A program made the translations under genes and the position numbers. Source: Auanema rhodensis (lineage: Eukaryota > Animalia > Nematoda). From it: 64,000 nucleotides of DNA. A model generated the notes under the pieces. That model searched no databases. It worked only from the letters and a program-made list of their open reading frames with translations, and was not told the DNA's origin. Below are positions 55,574-64,000 of the stretch, one piece after another (the stretch's first letter is position 1; every line of letters starts with the position of its first letter). The DNA lies in NCBI GenBank assembly GCA_964057225.1, contig OZ059897.1, positions 18,848,001 to 18,912,000 on the forward strand, in the 5' to 3' direction.

Positions 55574-58500
55574 AAAGCTAGCGCAAATCTGATAACACAG
55601 ATCGACGCAGCTTAAAAATCCGCATCGAATGCACTATACTACATTGAGAAACGCTTAATACAAAAATTAGTTATGATCGTTTGAAAAATGATGCATTAGT
55701 GTATGTTGAGTTTCCATGTACACTCAACATTGCTTCCAAAAACATTTTGACAAAAATTTTTTCGAAAAATTTCAAAATAATTTAGCGAAAAGTAGATGTT
55801 TTTAGATTCCATTTTTCAAGGCAAAGACGATGGACAATGTTATTCAACGAAAAAATTAATTCTTCAGGGTGAAAATCGAGGATATAAGTGTGAACTTATA
55901 TCAGTTGATATCTCGGTGCATTTTTAAGCTAGCGCAAATCTGATAACACAGATCGACGCAGCTTAAAAATCCGCATCGAATGCACTATACTACATTGAAA
56001 AACGCTTAATACAAAAATTAGTTATGATCGTTTGAAAAATGATGCATTAGTGTATGTTGAGTTTCCATGTACACTCAACATTGCTTCCAAAAACATTTTG
56101 ACAAAAATTTTTTCGAAAAATTTCAAAATAATTTAGCAAAAAGTAGATGTTTTTAGATTCCATTTTTCAAGGCAAAGACGATGGACAATGTTATTCAACG
56201 AAAAAATTAATTCTTCAGGGTGAAAATCGAGGATATAAGTGTGAACTTATATCAGTTGATATCTCGGTGCATTTTTAAGCTAGCGCAAATCTGATAACAC
56301 AGATCGACGCAGCTTAAAAATCCGCATCGAATGCACTATACTACATTGAGAAACGCTTAATACAAAAATTAGTTATGATCGTTTGAAAAATGATGCATTA
56401 GTGTATGTTGAGTTTCCATGTACACTCAACATTGCTTCCAAAAACATTTTGACAAAAATTTTTTCGAAAAATTTCAAAATAATTTAGCAAAAAGTAGATG
56501 TTTTTAGATTCCATTTTTCAAGGCAAAGACGATGGACAATGTTATTCAACGAAAAAATTAATTCTTCAGGGTGAAAATCGAGGATATAAGTGTGAACTTA
56601 TATCAGTTGATATCTCGGTGCATTTTTAAGCTAGCGCAAATCTGATAACACAGATCGACGCAGCTTAAAAATCCGCATCGAATGCACTATACTACATTGA
56701 AAAACGCTTAATACAAGAATTAGTTATGATCGTTTGAAAAATGATGCATTAGTGTATGTTGAGTTTCCATGTACACTCAACATTGCTTCCAAAAACATTT
56801 TGACAAAAATTTTTTCGAAAAATTTCAAAATAATTTAGCAAAAAGTAGATGTTTTTAGATTCCATTTTTGAAGGCAAAGACGATGGACAATGTTATTCAA
56901 CGAAGAAATTAATTCTTCACGGTGAAAATCGAGGATATAAGTGTGAACTTATATCAGTTGATATCTCGGTGCATTTTTAAGCTAGCGCAAATCTGATATC
57001 ACAGATCGACGCAGCTTAAAAATCCGCATCGAATGCACTATACTACATTGAGAAACGCTTAATACAAAAATTAGTTATGATCGTTTGAAAAATGATGCAT
57101 TAGTGTATGTTGAGTTTCCATGTACACTCAACATTGCTTCCAAAAACATTTTGACAAAAATTTTTTCGAAAAATTTCAAAATAATTTAGCAAAAAGTAGA
57201 TGTTTTAAGATTCCATTTTTCAAGGCAAAGACGATGGACAATGTTATTCAACGAAAAAATTAATTCTTCAGGGTGAAAATCGAGGATATAAGTGTGAACT
57301 TATATCAGTTGATATCTCGGTGCATTTTAAAGCTAGCGCAAATCTGATAACACAGATCGACGCAGCTTAAAAATCCGCATCGAATGCACTATACTACATT
57401 GAGAAACGCTTAATACAAAAATTAGTTATGATCGTTTGAAAAATGATGCATTAGTGTATGTTGAGTTTCCATGTACACTCAACATTGCTTCCAAAAACAT
57501 TTTGACAAAAATTTTTTCGAAAAATTTCAAAATAATTTAGCAAAAAGTAGATGTTTTTAGATTCCATTTTTCAAGGCAAAGACGATGGACAATGTTATTC
57601 AACGAAAAAATTAATTCTTCAGGGTGAAAATCGAGGATATAAGTGTGAACTTATATCAGTTGATATCTCGGTGCATTTTTAAGCTAGCGCAAATCTGATA
57701 ACACAGATCGACGCAGCTTAAAAATCCGCATCGAATGCACTATACTACATTGAAAAACGCTTAATACAAGAATTAGTTATGATCGTTTGAAAAATGATGC
57801 ATTAGTGTATGTTGAGTTTCCATGTACACTCAACATTGCTTCCAAAAACATTTTGACAAAAATTTTTTCGAAAAATTTCAAAATAATTTAGCAAAAAGTA
57901 GATGTTTTTAGATTCCATTTTTCAAGGCAAAGACGATGGACAATGTTATTCAACGAAAAAATTAATTCTTCAGGGTGAAAATCGAGGATATAAGTGTGAA
58001 CTTATATCAGTTGATATCTCGGTGCATTTTTAAGCTAGCGCAAATCTGATAACACAGATCGACGCAGCTTAAAAATCCGCATCGAATGCACTTTACTACA
58101 TTGAGAAACGCTTAATACAAAAATTAGTTATGATCGTTTGAAAAATGATGCATTAGTGTATGTTGAGTTTCCATGTACACTCAACATTGCTTCCAAAAAC
58201 ATTTTGACAAAAATTTTTTCGAAAAATTTCAAAATAATTTAGCAAAAAGTAGATGTTTTTAGATTCCTTTTTTCAAGGCAAAAACGATGGACAATGTTAT
58301 TCAACGAAAAAATTATTTCTTCAGGGTGAAAATCGAGGATATAAGTGTGAGCTTATATCAGTTGATATCTCGGTGCATTTTTAAGCTAGCGCAAATCTGA
58401 TAACACAGATCGACGCAGCTTAAAAATCCGGATCGAATGCACTATACTACATTAAGAAACACTTGATACAAAAATTAGTTATGATCGTTTGAAAAATGAT

Positions 58501-61500
58501 GCATTAGTGTATGTTGAGTTTCCATGTACACTCAACATTGCTTCCAAAAACATTTTGACAAAAATTTTTTCGAAAAATTTCAAAATAATTTAGCAAAAAG
58601 TAGATGTTTTTAGATTCCATTTTTCAAGGCAAAGACGATGGACAATGTTATTCAACGAAGAAATTAATTCTTCAGGGTGAAAATCGAGGATATAAGTGTG
58701 AACTTATATCAGTTGATATCTCGGTGCATTTTTAAGCTAGCGCAAATCTGATAACACAGATCGACGCAGCTTAAAAATCCGCATCGAATGCACTATACTA
58801 CATTGAGAAACGCTTAATACAAAAATTAGTTATGATCGTTTGAAAAATGATGCATTAGTGTATGTTGAGTTTCCATGTACACTCAACATTGCTTCCAAAA
58901 ACATTTTGACAAAAATTTTTTCGAAAAATTTCAAAATAATTTAGCAGAAAGTAGATGTTTTAAGATTCCATTTTTCAAGGCAAAGACGATGGACAATGTT
59001 ATTCAACGAAAAAATTAATTCTTCAGGGTGAAAATCGAGGATATAAGTGTGAACTTATATCAGTTGATATCTCGGTGCATTTTAAAGCTAGCGCAAATCT
59101 GATAACACAGATCGACGCAGCTTAAAAATCCGCATCGAATGCACTATACTACATTGAGAAACGCTTAATACAAAAATTAGTTATGATCGTTTGAAAAATG
59201 ATGCATTAGTGTATGTTGAGTTTCCATGTACACTCAACATTGCTTCCAAAAACATTTTGACAAAAATTTTTTCGAAAAATTTCAAAATAATTTAGCAAAA
59301 AGTAGATGTTTTTAGATCCCATTTTTCAAGGCAAAGACGATGGACAATGTTATTCAACGAAAAAATTAATTCTTCAGGGTGAAAATCGAGGATATAAGTG
59401 TGAACTTATATCAGTTGATATCTCGGTGCATTTTTAAGCTAGCGCAAATCTGATAACACAGATCGACGCAGCTTAAAAATCCGCATCGAATGCACTATAC
59501 TACATTGAGAAACGCTTAATACAAAAATTAGTTATGATCGTTTGAAAAATGATGCATTAGTGTATGTTGAGTTTCCATGTACACTCAACATTGCTTCCAA
59601 AAACATTTTGACAAAAATTTTTTCGAAAAATTTCAAAATAATTTAGCAAAAAGTAGATGTTTTTAGATTCCATTTTTCAAGGCAAAGACGATGGACAATG
59701 TTATTCAACGAAAAAATTAATTCTTCAGGGTGAAAATCGAGGATATAAGTGTGAACTTATATCAGTTGATATCTCGGTGCATTTTTAAGCTAGCGCAAAT
59801 CTGATAACACAGATCGACGCAGCTTAAAAATCCGGATCGAATGCACTATACTACATTAAGAAACACTTGATACAAAAATTAGTTATGATCGTTTGAAAAA
59901 TGATGCATTAGTGTATGTTGAGTTTCCATGTACACTCAACATTGCTTCCAAAAACATTTTGACAAAAATTTTTTCGAAAAATTTCAAAATAATTTAGCAA
60001 AAAGTAGATGTTTTTAGATTCCATTTTTCAAGGCAAAGACGATGGACAATGTTATTCAACGAAAAAATTAATTCTTCAGGGTGAAAATCGAGGATATAAG
60101 TGTGAACTTATATCAGTTGATATCTCGGTGCATTTTTAAGCTAGCGCAAATCTGATAACACAGATCGACGCAGCTTAAAAATCCGCATCGAATGCACTAT
60201 ACTACATTGAGAAACGCTTAATACAAAAATTAGTTATGATCGTTTGAAAAATGATGCATTAGTGTATGTTGAGTTTCCATGTACACTCAACATTGCTTCC
60301 AAAAACATTTTGACAAAAATTTTTTCGAAAAATTTCAAAATAATTTAGCAAAAAGTAGATGTTTTAAGATTCCATTTTTCAAGGCAAAGACGATGGACAA
60401 TGTTATTCAACGAAAAAATTAATTCTTCAGGGTGAAAATCGAGGATATAAGTGTGAACTTATATCAGTTGATATCTCGGTGCATTTTAAAGCTAGCGCAA
60501 ATCTGATAACACAGATCGACGCAGCTTAAAAATCCGCATCGAATGCACTATACTACATTGAGAAACGCTTAATACAAAAATTAGTTATGATCGTTTGAAA
60601 AATGATGCATTAGTGTATGTTGAGTTTCCATGTACACTCAACATTGCTTCCAAAAACATTTTGACAAAAATTTTTTCGAAAAATTTCAAAATAATTTAGC
60701 AAAAAGTAGATGTTTTTAGATTCCATTTTTCAAGGCAAAGACGATGGACAATGTTATTCAACGAAAAAATTAATTCTTCAGGGTGAAAATCGAGGATATA
60801 AGTGTGAACTTATATCAGTTGATATCTCGGTGCATTTTTAAGCTAGCGCAAATCTGATAACACAGATCGACGCAGCTTAAAAATCCGGATCGAATGCACT
60901 ATACTACATTAAGAAACACTTGATACAAAAATTAGTTATGATCGTTTGAAAAATGATGCATTAGTGTATGTTGAGTTTCCATGTACACTCAACATTGCTT
61001 CCAAAAACATTTTGACAAAAATTTTTTCGAAAAATTTCAAAATAATTTAGCAAAAAGTAGATGTTTTTAGATTCCATTTTTCAAGGCAAAGACGATGGAC
61101 AATGTTATTCAACGAAAAAATTAATTCTTCAGGGTGAAAATCGAGGATATAAGTGTGAACTTATATCAGTTGATATCTCGGTGCATTTTTAAGCTAGCGC
61201 AAATCTGATAACACAGATCGACGCAGCTTAAAAATCCGCATCGAATGCACTATACTACATTGAAAAACGCTTGATACAAAAATTAGTTATGATCGTTTGA
61301 AAAATGATGCATTAGTGTATGTTGAGTTTCCATGTACACTCAACATTGCTTCCAAAAACATTTCGACAAAAATTTTTTCGAAAAATTTCAAAATAATTTA
61401 GCAAAAAGTAGATGTTTTTAGATTCCATTTCTCAAGGCAAAGACGATAGACAATGTTATTCAACGAAAAAATTAATTCTTCAGGGTGAAAATCGAGGATA

Positions 61501-64000
61501 TAAGTGTGAACTTATATCAGTTGATATCTCGGTGCATTTTTAAGCTAGCGCAAATCTGATAACACAGATCGACGCAGCTTAAAAATCCGCATCGAATGCA
61601 CTATACTACATTGAGAAACGCTTACTACAAAAATTAGTTATGATCGTTTGAAAAATGATGCATTAGTGTATGTTGAGTTTCCATGTACACTCAACATTGC
61701 TTCCAAAAACATTTTGACAAAAATTTTTTCGAAAAATTTCAAAATAATTTAGCAAAAAGTAGATGTTTTTAGATTCCATTTTTCAAGGCAAAGACGATGG
61801 ACAATGTTATTCAACGAAAAAATTAATTCTTCAGGGTGAAAATCGAGGATATAAGTGTGAACTTATATCAGTTGATATCTCGGTGCATTTTTAAGCTAGC
61901 GCAAATCTGATAACACAGATCGACGCAGCTTAAAAATCCGGATCGAATGCACTATACTACATTAAGAAACACTTGATACAAAAATTAGTTATGATCGTTT
62001 GAAAAATGATGCATTAGTGTATGTTGAGTTTCCATGTACACTCAACATTGCTTCCAAAAACATTTTGACAAAAATTTTTTCGAAAAATTTCAAAATAATT
62101 TAGCAAAAAGTAGATGTTTTTAGATTCCATTTTTCAAGGCAAAGACGATGGACAATGTTATTCAACGAAAAAATTAATTCTTCAGGGTGAAAATCGAGGA
62201 TATAAGTGTGAACTTATATCAGTTGATATCTCGGTGCATTTTTAAGCTAGCGCAAATCTGATAACACAGATCGACGCAGCTTAAAAATCCGCATCGAATG
62301 CACTATACTACATTGAGAAACGCTTAATACAAAAATTAGTTATGATCGTTTGAAAAATGATGCATTAGTGTATGTTGAGTTTCCATGTACACTCAACATT
62401 GCTTCCAAAAACATTTTGACAAAAATGTTTTCGAAAAATTTCAAAATAATTTAGCAAAAAGTAGATGTTTTAAGATTCCATTTTTCAAGGCAAAGACGAT
62501 GGACAATGTTATTCAACGAAAAAATTAATTCTTCAGGGTGAAAATCGAGGATATAAGTGTGAACTTATATCAGTTGATATCTCGGTGCATTTTTAAGCTA
62601 GCGCAAATCTGATAACACAGATCGACGCAGCTTAAAAATCCGCATCGAATGCACTATACTACATTGAGAAACACTTACTACAAAAATTAGTTATGATCGT
62701 TTGAAAAATGATGCATTAGTGTATGTTGAGTTTCCATGTACACTCAACATTGCTTCCAAAAACATTTTGACAAAAATTTTTTCGAAAAATTTCAAAATAA
62801 TTTAGCAAAAAGTAGATGTTTTTAGATTCCATTTTTCAAGGCAAAGACGATGGACAATGTTATTCAACGAAAAAATTAATTCTTCAGGGTGAAAATCGAG
62901 GATATAAGTGTGAACTTATATCAGTTGATATCTCGGTGCATTTTTAAGCTAGCGCAAATCTGATAACACAGATCGACGCAGCTTAAAAATCCGGATCGAA
63001 TGCACTATACTACATTAAGAAACACTTGATACAAAAATTAGTTATGATCGTTTGAAAAATGATGCATTAGTGTATGTTGAGTTTCCATGTACACTCAACA
63101 TTGCTTCCAAAAACATTTTGACAAAAATTTTTTCGAAAAATTTCAAAATAATTTAGCAAAAAGTAGATGTTTTAAGATTCCATTTTTCAAGGCAAAGACG
63201 ATGGACAATGTTATTCAACGAAAAAATTAATTCTTCAGGGTGAAAATCGAGGATATAAGTGTGAACTTATATCAGTTGATATCTCGGTGCATTTTAAAGC
63301 TAGCGCAAATCTGATAACACAGATCGACGCAGCTTAAAAATCCGCATCGAATGCACTATACTACATTGAGAAACGCTTAATACAAAAATTAGTTATGATC
63401 GTTTGAAAAATGATGCATTAGTGTATGTTGAGTTTCCATGTACACTCAACATTGCTTCCAAAAACATTTTGACAAAAATTTTTTCGAAAAATTTCAAAAT
63501 AATTTAGCAAAAAGTAGATGTTTTTAGATTCCATTTTTCAAGGCAAAGACGATGGACAATGTTATTCAACGAAAAAATTAATTCTTCAGGGTGAAAATCG
63601 AGGATATAAGTGTGAACTTATATCAGTTGATATCTCGGTGCATTTTTAAGCTAGCGCAAATCTGATAACACAGATCGACGCAGCTTAAAAATCCGGATCG
63701 AATGCACTATACTACATTAAGAAACACTTGATACAAAAATTAGTTATGATCGTTTGAAAAATGATGCATTAGTGTATGTTGAGTTTCCATGTACACTCAA
63801 CATTGCTTCCAAAAACATTTTGACAAAAATTTTTTCGAAAAATTTCAAAATAATTTAGCAAAAAGTAGATGTTTTTAGATTCCATTTTTCAAGGCAAAGA
63901 CGATGGACAATGTTATTCAACGAAAAAATTAATTCTTCAGGGTGAAAATCGAGGATATAAGTGTGAACTTATATCAGTTGATATCTCGGTGCATTTTTAA

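Larger units (their letters stand above)
1..64000. repeat. Tandem satellite DNA array, 351-bp monomer, ~182.3 copies, running off both ends of the window
   Basis: CATTTTTCAAGGCAAAGACG or a minor variant recurs at 1, 352, 703 and onward, and stays in exact register at 7021, 14041, 21061, 28081, 35101, 42121, 49141, 56161, 63181 and 63883. Only substitutions were seen between copies. Confidence 0.99.

Noticed and set aside
1-64000. Giant repetitive protein gene (351 bp = 117 codons keeps the frame)
   Set aside because: The ORF-bearing frame has many stops per monomer (e.g. pos 132, 135, 198, 210, 216, 231, 249), and the six-frame track shows no other ORF.
1-64000. CRISPR array or integron-like cassette array
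   Set aside because: There are no unique spacers or cassettes; the entire 351-bp unit is repeated, and no cas or integrase genes are present.

Overview
The whole 64,000-bp window is one uninterrupted head-to-tail array of a 351-bp AT-rich monomer: 182 full copies plus a 118-bp partial copy, about 31% GC by my count of the consensus. Register is kept exactly (copy n starts at 1+351*(n-1)). Copies differ only by a handful of substitutions, and I saw no indels, insertions or orientation switches. This is the profile of a highly homogenised eukaryotic satellite DNA, probably centromeric or pericentromeric. I cannot assign species or family by eye. I found no credible genes, RNA genes, CRISPR arrays or transposons; the single 75-aa ORF is a by-product of two stop-removing variants meeting at one monomer junction. 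I found no protein-encoding system. The points of interest are structural: (i) a monomer densely packed with perfect inverted repeats, including a 9-bp stem capped by a GNRA-type loop; (ii) several variants that perfect local quasi-palindromes; (iii) a trace of an old internal duplication; (iv) a readable history of nested local higher-order repeats (2-, 3-, 4-, 5-, 6-, 8- and 21-monomer units). 'Pos' means position in the 351-bp monomer, which equals the window coordinate for copy 1. Variant catalogues were made by eye and may be incomplete.
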